In this document: in pieces, positions 32,071 to 43,231 of the stretch
How the letters are laid out: each line of letters starts with the position of its first letter
Position numbering within the stretch: the first letter of the stretch is position 1
DNA from: Deinococcota bacterium
GTDB taxonomy: Bacteria > Deinococcota > Deinococci > Deinococcales > Thermaceae
Assembly: GCA_041695225.1 (NCBI GenBank)
Contig: JBGFRI010000037.1
Location: forward strand, 1-64,000
DNA length: 64,000 nt
Direction: 5' to 3'
Notes under the pieces: generated by a model
Database searches by the model: none
Seen by the model: the letters and a program-made list of their open reading frames with translations, nothing else
Told to the model about the DNA's origin: nothing
Made by a program: the position numbers and the translations under genes

Positions 32071-33132
32071 TTACAACTGGTCGTAGTTGACGAGGTATGC
32101 CCTTACCCGGGCCGTCTCGATCTGCCAGGTGGCCTCGGCAATGTAGGGTTTGAAACCTAAGGCATGGTTGATCTTGAGCATGGCGGCATTGGAGTCCGCA
32201 TTGCCAGTGCGGACAAATCGGGCTTCGGGTAGCTCGTGCAAGATTTTAGTCAACATTTCGGCCTTCAGCCAGCGCCCCAGCCCCAGGTTGCGGAACTCCG
32301 ACAGTACCCCAGTGGCCTGCTGGTCTAGAATCTGTGGACGTTTGACTTTCCAGGTGATCGCGGTATAGCCTGCAAGTCGCCCAGTGGCTTTTTCTAAAGC
32401 GACCAGTGTCCAGCGTTGGTTTCCGGTTGCGAACAGCCAGTTTTCCATCTGCCGAAGTAAGTCCGGGGTCAGCTTGCTATCCTCCATCTGTAGGGAACCC
32501 CTGGGCGCAGTGTTCATCACCTCCATCAATTCGGCCATTGCGGCCAGGTGCTCTTCGGGAAATGGCCCTTCCCAGAATAGCAATTCAAACCCACCGGCTT
32601 TTTCTGTGGCCTGTTCGATCCAGGCAGCAAGTAGACCGCGATCCAGCTTTAGCAGATCAAGCTGGTTGGTGTGGCCTTCCAAAGCCTTCTCCGCACCCAG
32701 TTTGCGCATCAGGGCTTCGCCCGAGGGAACCCGGTTATTGGTTCCGCTAATCAGCAAGCTGCGCCCTTCCTGTTCGGCCACCTCGGTAATTTTGCGCAGG
32801 AGTTCAGTTTCGATTCCCTGGTCTCGGAAGTCCGGCAGCACACTAATGTTGAAATGGGCCATGTGTTGATTCTGCTCGAGGCGAATGATCTGTGCGTTAC
32901 CACTGGCAATTATCCCCTTGCCATCCGGGTGATCCACCACCCAGAGCCACAGGTCGACAATTGGCGGGATATTCTGAGCCTCCTGGATGGTTTCTTCCAG
33001 TGAGTGGGGCGGGTCGTCGGGCAGGCGCTCTTTGCGCATCTGATTGCCGAACTGGTTCAGGGCCAGGTAGTCGTCTTGACCAGCGCTTTTGATATCCACC
33101 GCCCGGAGTTTACCGAGTAGATTTGCCTTCAT
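32071..33132 (-). CDS. Tandem GNAT N-acetyltransferase
   Basis: Two GNAT motif-A regions; TGNADSNAAMLKINHALGFK. Confidence 0.85.
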   Translation of the reverse strand: MKANLLGKLRAVDIKSAGQDDYLALNQFGNQMRKERLPDDPPHSLEETIQEAQNIPPIVDLWLWVVDHPDGKGIIASGNAQIIRLEQNQHMAHFNISVLPDFRDQGIETELLRKITEVAEQEGRSLLISGTNNRVPSGEALMRKLGAEKALEGHTNQLDLLKLDRGLLAAWIEQATEKAGGFELLFWEGPFPEEHLAAMAELMEVMNTAPRGSLQMEDSKLTPDLLRQMENWLFATGNQRWTLVALEKATGRLAGYTAITWKVKRPQILDQQATGVLSEFRNLGLGRWLKAEMLTKILHELPEARFVRTGNADSNAAMLKINHALGFKPYIAEATWQIETARVRAYLVNYDQL

Positions 33133-33403
33133 TTGATAACCAGAATAGCAAGCGACGCTACCAGTAACAATATCGAGTTAATCAGCCACGATACAGCAGA
33201 GTAAGGTGCCCAATCGGGGTCGGGATGAACCAATTTTCCCCTACTAATCAGATGCCCGAATGTATAAAAAGTGGCTCTCTTAAAAATCAAGTGGGTTGTG
33301 GGGCATGAGGATTGACCAAACTCATTGTGTGTCAGGGGGAAGGTTGGGAGTATCGGGGTTGGGCTAGAGGCTAATCGGCTGCAAAAATGTGCCGCACCTT
33401 GTA

Positions 33404-34969
33404 CTACGGGAAAGAGCGCTTTTTCACGAAGAAGTCCCGCAGCAGTCTGGCCGATTCGCGCTCGAGCCAGCCCCCTTCCCACTCAAAGGGAGGTTTCAAC
33501 CCATGCACGGTCACCGCCCCGGCCTTAAGGTTTTCCACAGCGTAGACCACCCGCCGAACCTGGGCCTCTATCAGCGCCCCGAAACACATTGCGCAGGGCT
33601 CCAACGTGACGTAAATGGTGGCGCCGGGCAGCACCTTGGCTTGCTTTTTGTGCACGGCATTTTGCAGAGCCAGCAGCTCGGCGTGGGCGGTGGCATCGCG
33701 GTTTTGCTCCACCTGGTTATGAGCAGTGGCTAGCTCTTCGCCATCCCAGACCACCACCGCCCCGATGGGCACTTCTCCTTTCTGCAAGGCCAGACGGGCC
33801 TGCTTCAGGGCGGTACGCATGTGCCCCAGGTGGTCCGATTCGGGCCAGAGGTTCCAGACTTCCTGCACCGTACCGCCCAGGGCACGTACCGGCCAGACCT
33901 GCTTGAGCTCGGGGGGGACGCTGTGCTCGGTGAAAAAGTCCACCAGCCGAGCCCGGCCGCCCGGCAGCTCAATCTGGTCGCCCGGCTGGGGGAGCCTCGA
34001 GCCGGGCCAGGGTCCAAAGGCGTTCAGTATGGGAGGAATCAGGAACAGGGTGCCGTCGCGGCGGCGCACCTGCCAACCCCCGGGCAGAGTAAAGGTCTCG
34101 CCTTGCAAGGCCAGCTCGAGCTGGGTAATCCACCCGGCTTCGGGCCGCAGTCGGATCTGCTCGAGCATCTGCCGCAGGGCCCGGCGGCGCAGTCCGGCCG
34201 GGGCCTGTACCAGCGGTGCAATGCGGTAGGCTGGGCAGGGCCAGCGCCCGTCCCGTAGCAGCAGTTGTCCGGCCAGGGGGTCCAGGGCTTCGTCTTCTAG
34301 CTGGGAAATGGCCGCGAAACGCGCCAGGGATAAGCTGGTTTGCGCAAAGCGTTCTTTTAGCCGGGGGAGAATCTCGTGGCGCAGGTAGTTGCGATCCAGC
34401 GAGGTGTCGGCATTGCTGATGTCCTCCAGCCAGTCCTGCTGCTTGCTAAGCAGGTAGGCCCGCAGGGTGCTGCGGCTCACCTCCAGCAGCGGACGCACCA
34501 CCTTGCCTCGTCTGGGGCGCACCCCCAGGGCCCGGCCAGTACCCTGCAAAAGCTGCAACAACATCGTCTCGGCCTGGTCGTCCTGAGTGTGGGCAGTCAG
34601 AATGGCCTGGGCCTGGTGCTTCCTGGCCACCCTGGCCAGAAAGCCATAGCGTAAATCTCGCGCGGTGGCCTCGAGGTTCTCCCCCCGTCCGCTGGCAATC
34701 TGAGCCACATCCAGTTTTTCCGTCTCGCAGGTGTACCCCAGACGTTCGGCCAGCGACCTGACCCACAATGCCTGATCGGCCGAATCGGAACGCAAGGAGT
34801 GGTCAAGATGGGCCACCACCACCTTGCGGGGGGTAGAAGTGAGCAGCAGTAGCAGTGCAACCGAGTCGCTACCGCCCGAGACCGCCGCCACCAGGCTGCC
34901 CTCGGGAACCATGCGGGTCAGATGGTCGGCAAAATGGTCTTCTAGCTGGCCAGAATCTACCAGATTCAC
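33404..34969 (-). CDS. tilS: tRNA(Ile)-lysidine synthetase fused to tRNA adenosine deaminase
   Basis: SGGSDS, TAHTQDDQAET and RNYLRH (TilS), then GEVPIGAV, HAE and LEPCAMC (TadA). Confidence 0.92.
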   Translation of the reverse strand: MNLVDSGQLEDHFADHLTRMVPEGSLVAAVSGGSDSVALLLLLTSTPRKVVVAHLDHSLRSDSADQALWVRSLAERLGYTCETEKLDVAQIASGRGENLEATARDLRYGFLARVARKHQAQAILTAHTQDDQAETMLLQLLQGTGRALGVRPRRGKVVRPLLEVSRSTLRAYLLSKQQDWLEDISNADTSLDRNYLRHEILPRLKERFAQTSLSLARFAAISQLEDEALDPLAGQLLLRDGRWPCPAYRIAPLVQAPAGLRRRALRQMLEQIRLRPEAGWITQLELALQGETFTLPGGWQVRRRDGTLFLIPPILNAFGPWPGSRLPQPGDQIELPGGRARLVDFFTEHSVPPELKQVWPVRALGGTVQEVWNLWPESDHLGHMRTALKQARLALQKGEVPIGAVVVWDGEELATAHNQVEQNRDATAHAELLALQNAVHKKQAKVLPGATIYVTLEPCAMCFGALIEAQVRRVVYAVENLKAGAVTVHGLKPPFEWEGGWLERESARLLRDFFVKKRSFP

Positions 34970-34987
34970 CCTTATATGCTATAGGTT

Positions 34988-36121
34988 ATGACCCCATTCC
35001 CCAATCTCCGCTTCGATTTTGACGCCTATCCCTATCTCACCCCGGACTTGCCAGGGTGGGGTGGCATTATTCGTCATCGGCCCGGAGATTTTCAGGTCTA
35101 CGAGGTTCCCGCCTATAGCCCAGCGGGTGCGGGGGAACACCTGCTGGTGTTAATTGAAAAAGAAGGCCTGACCACCCGCGCAGTTTTCGAGTTTTTGCGC
35201 GACCGGCTACACATCAACCAGGCCCAGATTGGGGTGGCGGGCCTGAAAGACAAACACGCCCTGACCCGCCAGTGGTTCAGCATTCCGGCCCGCCACCAGG
35301 AGCGTTTGGAAAGCCTGTCCGAACTGCAAGGGGTAAGGGTGCTGGAACGCGGCCTGCACCCACACAAGCTGCGGATAGGGCATCTGCGGGGCAACCGCTT
35401 TCGCATCCTGATGCGTGCGAGCCAGGAACCGCTGGTAGAACCGGCAGATGGGGTAGAAGGGGCAGATCTCGATCCACCGCTACTGCGGGTTGGGGCAGTT
35501 CTGCAAAGGTTAGAACGCCAGGGAGTACCCAACTACTACGGCCCTCAGCGGTTTGGCATTGGGGGGCTGAACCCCATCAAGGGTTATGAGCTGGCTACCA
35601 CAGGCAAGGTACACAGCCCTTCCTGGCTCAAAAAGTTTCTGCTTTCGAGCCTGCAAAGCCTGCTATTTAATGACTGGCTGGCCCTGCGCCTGCAGATGGG
35701 GCTATTCGGGCAGGTCATCTTGGGCGATGTCGCCAAGAAACACGATACTGGTGGGGAGTTTGTAGTACAGGACCCTGCCGCAGAAAACCCACGCGCCCTG
35801 CGTTTTGAAATAAGCGCTACCGGAGCGTTGTATGGCAAGAAATACCGCGAAGCCGAGGGCCCAGCCCGCGCCCTCGAGGACCAGATTTTACAGAAATATG
35901 GGCTACAGCGCTCCCAGTTTGCTACACGCCGGGGAGACCGGCGCCTGATCCGCTTCCCCCTGAGCGAGTGGAGCCTTGAAGAGAACCGGGAGGGGCTCTG
36001 GGTGAGCTTTTTTCTGCCAAAGGGCGCCTACGCTACTGCAGTGCTACGCGAGGTGATGAAAAAGAACCCCGAAGAAGGTGAGCTCGAGTTAGAGCTGAGC
36101 GAAGCCGAACCGCCGGCATAG
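34988..36121 (+). CDS. truD: tRNA pseudouridine(13) synthase
   Basis: AGLKDKHALTRQW, GNRFRI, PNYYGPQRFG and LPKGAYAT. Confidence 0.93.
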   Translation: MTPFPNLRFDFDAYPYLTPDLPGWGGIIRHRPGDFQVYEVPAYSPAGAGEHLLVLIEKEGLTTRAVFEFLRDRLHINQAQIGVAGLKDKHALTRQWFSIPARHQERLESLSELQGVRVLERGLHPHKLRIGHLRGNRFRILMRASQEPLVEPADGVEGADLDPPLLRVGAVLQRLERQGVPNYYGPQRFGIGGLNPIKGYELATTGKVHSPSWLKKFLLSSLQSLLFNDWLALRLQMGLFGQVILGDVAKKHDTGGEFVVQDPAAENPRALRFEISATGALYGKKYREAEGPARALEDQILQKYGLQRSQFATRRGDRRLIRFPLSEWSLEENREGLWVSFFLPKGAYATAVLREVMKKNPEEGELELELSEAEPPA

Positions 36122-36346
36122 CCCACGGTTTGGAAATAGTTGCTTCACTGGTTTGAAACCAGGTTATCTTTGGATCGGTAAAAAATCCCCTGGCGCCATA
36201 GCATCGCCACCTTGGGCCAAGGTGCCCAGGCTAGTCTAGCCCGCACCTTTTCTTGCATAGTAGGCTGAGTTTGGCATAGCCTGGGCGGGTCCTAGCCTGC
36301 TCCAGCTAAACCGAATTGATTTGCCCTGGGTTATGATTTAAGTATT

Positions 36347-36823
36347 ATGTTGAAGACTGGCGACCAAGCCCCCATCTTTACCCTCCCCGATCAGGAAGGT
36401 AAGCTGCACCAGCTAAGCAATTACCGAGGACGCTGGGTGGTGCTTTACTTCTATCCCAAGGACGATACCCCTGGTTGCACTAAGGAAGCCTGCAACTTCC
36501 GCGACAAAAAAGCTCGTCTGGAGGAGTTGGGTGCGGTGGTGCTGGGCGTTTCTGCCGATGACGTGCACAGCCACGCCAAGTTTCATAGCAAGTATGGCCT
36601 CAACTTTCCCCTGCTCAGCAACCCCGACAAGGAAATGATTCGCTCATATGGGGCCTGGGGCCTGAAGAGCTTTATGGGCAGAGAGTATGAAGGGGTTTTT
36701 CGAGTGACCTACCTGATTGACCCCAAAGGCCAGGTGGCCAGGGTCTGGAATAAAGTAAAGCCCGACGATCATGCCACAGAGGTTGCTGAAGCCCTGGCCC
36801 TGCTCCAGAAGCAGCAGGGCTAG
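36347..36823 (+). CDS. bcp: Peroxiredoxin Q
   Basis: YFYPKDDTPGCTKEAC. Confidence 0.93.
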   Translation: MLKTGDQAPIFTLPDQEGKLHQLSNYRGRWVVLYFYPKDDTPGCTKEACNFRDKKARLEELGAVVLGVSADDVHSHAKFHSKYGLNFPLLSNPDKEMIRSYGAWGLKSFMGREYEGVFRVTYLIDPKGQVARVWNKVKPDDHATEVAEALALLQKQQG

Positions 36824-37609
<786 letters not shown>

Positions 37610-37645
37610 ATATGCTCTGGATTAGAAGCCCCAGGTTCAGCGCAC

Positions 37646-37675
37646 TTGTCAAAGCCGCTCAAACCAGCCTAAAAT
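37646..37675 (+). promoter_or_regulatory. Promoter of the metG leader
   Basis: TTGTCA, 18 bp, TAAAAT; predicted start about 37682-37683. Confidence 0.6.
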
Positions 37676-37682
37676 ACCTTTT

Positions 37683-37733
37683 GTGAAAGGGTGTAGCTTT
37701 TTGGCCCGAATGATGCGAATGTCCCGACGGTAG
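37683..37733 (+). CDS. Putative Met-rich attenuator leader peptide (MKGCSFLARMMRMSRR)
   Basis: GTG at the predicted transcription start; ATG ATG CGA ATG cluster at 37710-37721; TAG at 37731. Confidence 0.6.
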   Translation: MKGCSFLARMMRMSRR

Positions 37734-37748
37734 CTTTAGAGCTGTCGG

Positions 37749-37777
37749 AGGGGCGCATTTGCGCCCCTGCTCTTTTT
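37749..37777 (+). terminator. Terminator-like hairpin in the metG leader
   Basis: AGGGGCGCA-tt-TGCGCCCCT followed by gctcttttt. Confidence 0.6.
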
Positions 37778-37836
37778 CGGTAGCACCGAGCTTTGTCACT
37801 GGCTCTAGAACAACTAAAATCTAAAGGAGTAACCAC

Positions 37837-39771
37837 GTGAGCAAAATCTTTTACGAAACCGCCGCCATTGATTATTCAAACGCGGCCCCGCATATCGGCC
37901 ACGTCTACGAGAAAATCATCTGCGACTTTCTGGCGCGCTTTCACCGGCTAGATGGCTACGATACCAACTTTGTGACCGGAACCGACGAACACGGTGAAAA
38001 AATTGCCCGTGCAGCCAGAAATGCCGGACAGGAGCCCCAGGCTTTTGTAGACTACGTATCTGAACAGCTCTTCCAGCCTGCCTACCAGCGCCTGCTGATC
38101 AGCTACGACGACTATATCCGCACCTCCTCCGAGCGTCACAAGCGCTATGTGCAGGAAATCCTGCGCAAGGTTTACCAGTCCGGCGATATCTACTACGCCG
38201 AGTATGAAGGGCTCTATTCGGTGGGCTCGGAACGCTTTGTAACCGAGAAGGAGCTGGTGGGTGGTATTCTGCCCGGTGATTCCGAGCCGCCCGTACTGCG
38301 CAAAGAGGCCAACTACTTTTTCCGCATGGAGAAGTACCGGCCCTGGCTGGTGCAGTACCTGCGCGACCACCCCGGTCTGATCCAGCCTCAGGCTTACCGT
38401 AACGAAGTGCTGGAAATCCTCAAGGAGCCGGTTGGCGATCTCTCTATCTCGCGTCCTAAGGACCGTGTGCCCTGGGGCATCCCCATCCCCTGGGACGAAA
38501 ACCACGTGACCTATGTCTGGTTCGATGCGCTGCTGGCCTATGCCTCCTCGCTGGTTAGCCGAGGGCTTTTTGAGAAGTACTGGCCCCATGCCTGGCATGT
38601 GATAGGCAAGGATATCCTCAAGCCCCACGCCATCTTCTGGCCGACTATGCTCAAAAGCGCGGGCCTGCCCATCTACCAGCGTCTGGTGGTTCACGGGCAC
38701 ATTCTGGCCATGGATGGGCGCAAGATGGGCAAGAGTCTGGGCAACGCCATCGACCCCCTGGCCTTGGTAGATAAATTTGGGGTGGATGCAGTGCATTATG
38801 CCCTGCTGCGTGATACCAACCTGGGTTCAGACAGCCCCTTTGGTGAAGAGGTGGTGGCGCAGCGACTTAACTCCGACCTGGCCAACGACCTGGGCAACCT
38901 CCTGTCCCGCGTGCGCACTATGCTGCTCAGATACTGCGGCGGCAGTATCCCCAGACCCTCCCCACCCGACTCCGAGATTGCGCGTACGGGTGTGGCGCTG
39001 GCCCAGAAGGTGCGCAAGGAAGTGGACGCCCTGCGGATTCACCTGGCTTTGGAAGAGGTTCTGCAGTATGTGCGCAGCCTCAACAAGTTTGTCAACGACG
39101 CCCGCCCCTGGGAACTGGCCCGCGACGAAGACAGAAAAGAGGAGCTGGAAGATGCGCTTTATACAGCGGTAGAGGGGCTGCGAATTGTCAGTGTGCTCTT
39201 GGAGCCAGCCCTCCCGACCAAGGCCAAAGAGCTCCGGGCAGCCCTGGGCCTGGGTGATTTTAGCATCGCCCAGACCGAAACCTGGGGTCTATCTCCGGCC
39301 GGGACCAGGGTTCCCACCGAGGCCCCCATCCTGTTTCCCAGGGTCGAGACCAAGGCTGCCGAGGGTTCAGGCCTTAGCCCCCAGAGTCCCGAGCCTTCCC
39401 CAGTACCATCCACCAGCCACCAGCCACCAGCCTTCACCGAAAACGGGCAGATTAGCATGGGCGAGTTCTCCAGGCTGGATTTTCGGGTAGCCGAGGTGAT
39501 TAGAGCAGAAAAACACCCCAGGGCCGATAAACTTCTGGTGCTGACCCTGAATGTGGGTGACCACACCCGCCAGGTGGTGGCGGGAATTGCCGAGCACTAC
39601 TCACCTGAGAGTCTGTTGGGCAAAAAACTTGTGCTAGTAGCCAATCTAAAGCCGGCCATGCTGCGTGGAATCGAGTCCCAGGGAATGATTCTGGCTGGCC
39701 AGAGCGCCGAGGGCAGAATCGTGGTGGTTACGCCCGAGCAAGACCTACCGCCGGGGGCCAAGGTGCGGTAG
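37837..39771 (+). CDS. metG: Methionine--tRNA ligase with C-terminal tRNA-binding domain
   Basis: HIGH, YVWFDAL, GKDI and KMGKS; C-terminal Trbp domain. Confidence 0.96.
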   Translation: MSKIFYETAAIDYSNAAPHIGHVYEKIICDFLARFHRLDGYDTNFVTGTDEHGEKIARAARNAGQEPQAFVDYVSEQLFQPAYQRLLISYDDYIRTSSERHKRYVQEILRKVYQSGDIYYAEYEGLYSVGSERFVTEKELVGGILPGDSEPPVLRKEANYFFRMEKYRPWLVQYLRDHPGLIQPQAYRNEVLEILKEPVGDLSISRPKDRVPWGIPIPWDENHVTYVWFDALLAYASSLVSRGLFEKYWPHAWHVIGKDILKPHAIFWPTMLKSAGLPIYQRLVVHGHILAMDGRKMGKSLGNAIDPLALVDKFGVDAVHYALLRDTNLGSDSPFGEEVVAQRLNSDLANDLGNLLSRVRTMLLRYCGGSIPRPSPPDSEIARTGVALAQKVRKEVDALRIHLALEEVLQYVRSLNKFVNDARPWELARDEDRKEELEDALYTAVEGLRIVSVLLEPALPTKAKELRAALGLGDFSIAQTETWGLSPAGTRVPTEAPILFPRVETKAAEGSGLSPQSPEPSPVPSTSHQPPAFTENGQISMGEFSRLDFRVAEVIRAEKHPRADKLLVLTLNVGDHTRQVVAGIAEHYSPESLLGKKLVLVANLKPAMLRGIESQGMILAGQSAEGRIVVVTPEQDLPPGAKVR

Positions 39772-39882
39772 TGAGGGCTAATAGCCCATAGCCTGTAGTT
39801 AGTCGATGGTCGATAGCGTATAGTCGATAGAAAACAGCCTTTGGCTACCGACCATAGACCATGGACTATAGACCATAGACGC

Positions 39883-40251
39883 TCATTGCGCACTTTCCAG
39901 ATCGGGCCGCAGACGCACGGCATCGCGCAGATAGACGTGTTTGACCTGTTTTTGTGAGAGGTGGGTATTCCAGAGAATCATTACTCTGATTACCCGCGAC
40001 AAAGCCCCCGGAACCGGAACTTCGCGGGAGTTGATGAGTGGTACCATCTGCATCCCTAACTGTCTGGCAGCCTCGGCAGGGAAGGCCGCGCAGAGGTCGT
40101 CGGTAAGGGTAAAGATCATGGCCCCAATGGTGTCTAAATCGCTGATCTGGTTGGCCTCGAGCATCTTTTGCAACAGCTCGCGGGCAGAGCTTAGAATGGC
40201 CTCCCGTGTGTCTTCTTCGACGGTGATAGCGCCGCGTATCCCCCTGGTCAT
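39883..40251 (-). CDS. aroH: Chorismate mutase, AroH class
   Basis: RGIRGAIT, FPAEAAR and LRPDL. Confidence 0.92.
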   Translation of the reverse strand: MTRGIRGAITVEEDTREAILSSARELLQKMLEANQISDLDTIGAMIFTLTDDLCAAFPAEAARQLGMQMVPLINSREVPVPGALSRVIRVMILWNTHLSQKQVKHVYLRDAVRLRPDLESAQ

Positions 40252-40297
40252 CTGGTGGATTCTACCCCCGGCTTGCCCCACACGGCTAGACCTGCTA

Positions 40298-40583
40298 TCA
40301 AAGGTCAAAGGTCTATGGTCGAAGGTCGAAGGTTGCAGGTCTAAAGCCAGTCGCAGGTCGCAGGTCGCAAGTCGCAGGTCAGAAGTGGGTCGAGGGTCAC
40401 AGGTCTAAAGTCGAAGGTTGAAGGTCAAATGCTATCAGCTATCGGCTATTAGCTATGAGCTAATGGAATGTCGCAGGTCGCAGGTCAGAAGTGGGTCGAG
40501 GGTCGAGGGTCACAGGTCTAAAGTCAAAGGTCGAAGGTCAAATGCTATCAGCGATCGGCTATTAGCTATGAGCTAATGGAATG
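40298..40583. repeat. Heptamer array containing a ~110-bp tandem duplication
   Basis: Block gtcgcaggtcagaagtgggtcgaggg...gctatgagctaatggaatgt occurs twice (ending ~40470 and ~40583). Confidence 0.85.
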
Positions 40584-40670
40584 TTGCGGGCCGACGGCTT
40601 GCCCAGCATGGTTAGACCTGCTATAGTACATTGGTTAGCTGCACGGCAAAATCCGTGCTTAGGAGAAAGT

Positions 40671-40898
40671 ATGAAACCAAAAATTCACCCCAGGCTGGTT
40701 CCCTGCAAAATCATCTGCAACGGTCAGGTAGTCATGCAGACCTATAGCACCAAACCGGAAATTCACGTCGAAGTCTGGAGCGGCAACCACCCTTTCTGGA
40801 CAGGTCAGCAGCGTTTTGTGGACACCGAGGGCCGGGTCGAGAAGTTCCAGAAAAAATTCGCTGGCAGCTACGGCAAAAGGGCTGCCAAGAAAACGTAG
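40671..40898 (+). CDS. rpmE: 50S ribosomal protein L31
   Basis: MKPKIHP...[20 protein letters not shown]; promoter TTGCCC, 17 bp, TATAGT at 40599-40627. Confidence 0.95.
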   Translation: MKPKIHPRLVPCKIICNGQVVMQTYSTKPEIHVEVWSGNHPFWTGQQRFVDTEGRVEKFQKKFAGSYGKRAAKKT

Positions 40899-41033
40899 TT
40901 TTGTTCAAGGTTAGCCCGCGGCGGTCATTTTTACCTGAGTCCTGGTCAGAATACTGACCTGGGCTTTTTGCTACTTCCTTCACCCACCGGTCATAGGCTT
41001 TCACTGGTCTGGCTGATATGCTATGCCCCGGCT

Positions 41034-41642
41034 ATGAGTCTGCCGCATTTTCCGCATCACCAGGGCTGGATAGAGGTTGTGGTTGGGCCGATGTTCTCGG
41101 GAAAGTCGGAAGAGCTTATCAGGCGCATCAATCGTTCCCTGATTGCCCGGCAGCGGGTGCTGGTTTTCAAGCCGCAGCTGGATGACCGATACCACCGGAC
41201 TGAGGTGTCTAGCCACGATGGTAGGCGGGCCCTGGCCATTCCGGTACGGGATTCGGCCGAGCTTCGGGCATACCTGAGCGACCCCTTACCCGATGTGCTG
41301 GCGGTGGATGAAGCTCAGTTTTTTGACCGGGGCTTGGTTGGCTTAGTGCTGGAGATGGCCAATAAGGGCGTCAGGGTTATTTGTGCCGGACTGGACATGG
41401 ATTTTCGGGGTGAACCATTTGGAGTTATTCCTGATCTGTTGACCCGGGCAGAGTATGTGGAAAAGCTCTGTGCGGTCTGCGCGGTCTGTGGGGCGCCCGC
41501 TACCCGCACCCAGCGCTTTGTTAATGGCAAGCCGGCCCGATATGACGATCCGGTGATTCTGGTGGGGGCCAGCGAAGCCTACGAACCGCGCTGCCGAAAG
41601 TGTCATACTGTGATTGGGCGTGAGGTGCAGGAGATACTTTGA
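41034..41642 (+). CDS. tdk: Thymidine kinase
   Basis: [16 protein letters not shown] and [11 protein letters not shown]. Confidence 0.95.
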   Translation: MSLPHFPHHQGWIEVVVGPMFSGKSEELIRRINRSLIARQRVLVFKPQLDDRYHRTEVSSHDGRRALAIPVRDSAELRAYLSDPLPDVLAVDEAQFFDRGLVGLVLEMANKGVRVICAGLDMDFRGEPFGVIPDLLTRAEYVEKLCAVCAVCGAPATRTQRFVNGKPARYDDPVILVGASEAYEPRCRKCHTVIGREVQEIL

Positions 41643-41789
41643 AGAACGCCTGAGGTCGCAGGCTTTGCCAAAAGGAGTCTACGGGCACGGTGGCACCCTT
41701 GACCTTGCAAAATCAGACACAAGGGTCTCGGGTCGCAAGCCAGATGTAAGACCAAAGACCAGGCCGGCATGGCCCTGGAGAGCGACCGT

Positions 41790-42191
41790 CTACTTCTTAC
41801 CCTTTCGCGGGGCTTGTGCTTTTTTTAGCACCAGTTCCAGCACTCCGCTCTTGAGTGTGGCCTGGGCACTGTTGGGAAGAATGGGCTCGGGCAGGTTCAG
41901 GGTGCGGCGGAATGAACCAGTGTAGCGCTCCTGGTGCAAGTGGCTGCCCTCGAGGGGGTGCCTTACGCCAGCCAGAGTGATGGTCTGGCCTTCCTCGTGC
42001 AGCTCGAGGTCTTGGTTTTTTACGCCTGGCAGATCTACCAGAATGCGATACTGGCGGCCTTCATCGAGCACATCCACGGCCGGAACCCAGCCGCCAAGTG
42101 CTTGCTGGGAGGAGATCTGCCGCGAGAGTTCGTCGAGTTGCTGGCGAATGGTCTGCAGGCGCTCAAAGGCATCAAAACGCTCAATGGACAT
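41790..42191 (-). CDS. Small heat-shock protein (Hsp20)
   Basis: [21 protein letters not shown] and GVLEL. Confidence 0.9.
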   Translation of the reverse strand: MSIERFDAFERLQTIRQQLDELSRQISSQQALGGWVPAVDVLDEGRQYRILVDLPGVKNQDLELHEEGQTITLAGVRHPLEGSHLHQERYTGSFRRTLNLPEPILPNSAQATLKSGVLELVLKKAQAPRKGKK

Positions 42192-42230
42192 GGTCTTGAG
42201 AATATCATGATCAGACGGTTGGGATTAGCT

Positions 42231-43157
42231 ATGCGCGAGCCGAGTACCAAACAACCCCTGGCCATTCCGGTCCTGGCCGGGCCAACTGCTAGCGGCAAGA
42301 CCGAGCTGGCGCTGCGCCTGGCTGAACACCTCCCAGTTGAGGTGGTGTCGGCTGACGCCAGCATGGTTTATCTGGGAATGGATATCGGCACGGCCAAGCC
42401 CAGCAGAAGCGAGCGCGAGCGGGTCAGGCACCACTTGATAGACCTGTTACTACCCAGCCAGGCTTTCAGCGTGTCGGAATACGTGAGCTACGCAGAAGCT
42501 GCAATCTGCCAGAGCCTTGAACGTGGCAGTATTCCACTGGTGGTGGGCGGAACGGGTTACTACATCCGCGCCCTGTCGGAGGGAGTGTACCAGCTGCCAG
42601 AACCAGACCTGCAGGTACAGGCCGAAATCTGGAGGGAGCTCGAAAGCCGGGGCCTCGAGGCCATGCTAAGGGAGCTACGCACAGCCAGTCCCGCCGATGC
42701 CCAGCGGGTGCAGCGCAACCCTCGGCGGGTGGTACGAGCGCTAGAAATTTTGCGCCGGGGTGGGCTTCCACCTGCAAAGGCCGCCAGGCGCCAGCCCCTT
42801 TTTGTATATCGCAAGCTAATTTTATGGCCTTCCTGGCAGTGGCTTCTGCCCCGGTTGGAGGCTCGAGTCAAGCGCATGTTTGAGCAAGGACTGGTGGAGG
42901 AGGTTGAAGGCTTGCTGGCAGCCTATCCACAAATGCCAACTGCGCTGCAAAGCATTGGCTATAAGGAGGTTGCAAGCTATCTGAGTGGAGAGTGTACCCT
43001 CCTTGAGGCCCAACAGACTATTCTTCAGGCCACCAGGGCCTATGCCAAGCGGCAGTACACCTGGTTTCGCAAGGAACCCGGCAGGGTCGCTTTTTTGCCC
43101 TGTGCAGGGGAGGAGGCCTGGGCCGGGGTGCGGGACTGGTTTGGGTCGGGCCAGTAA
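42231..43157 (+). CDS. miaA: tRNA dimethylallyltransferase
   Basis: [22 protein letters not shown] and YAKRQYTWF. Confidence 0.95.
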   Translation: MREPSTKQPLAIPVLAGPTASGKTELALRLAEHLPVEVVSADASMVYLGMDIGTAKPSRSERERVRHHLIDLLLPSQAFSVSEYVSYAEAAICQSLERGSIPLVVGGTGYYIRALSEGVYQLPEPDLQVQAEIWRELESRGLEAMLRELRTASPADAQRVQRNPRRVVRALEILRRGGLPPAKAARRQPLFVYRKLILWPSWQWLLPRLEARVKRMFEQGLVEEVEGLLAAYPQMPTALQSIGYKEVASYLSGECTLLEAQQTILQATRAYAKRQYTWFRKEPGRVAFLPCAGEEAWAGVRDWFGSGQ

Positions 43158-43231
43158 AGGCCAGCAACCAGGTGCCGCGATAGGGGCGGGCGAATGTCCC
43201 AAGGCTCGACAATTGCCCTACCGGCCTTATC

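Noticed and set aside
40298..40583. CRISPR array
   Set aside because: Repeats are tandem 7-mers and a duplication, with no unique spacers and no cas genes
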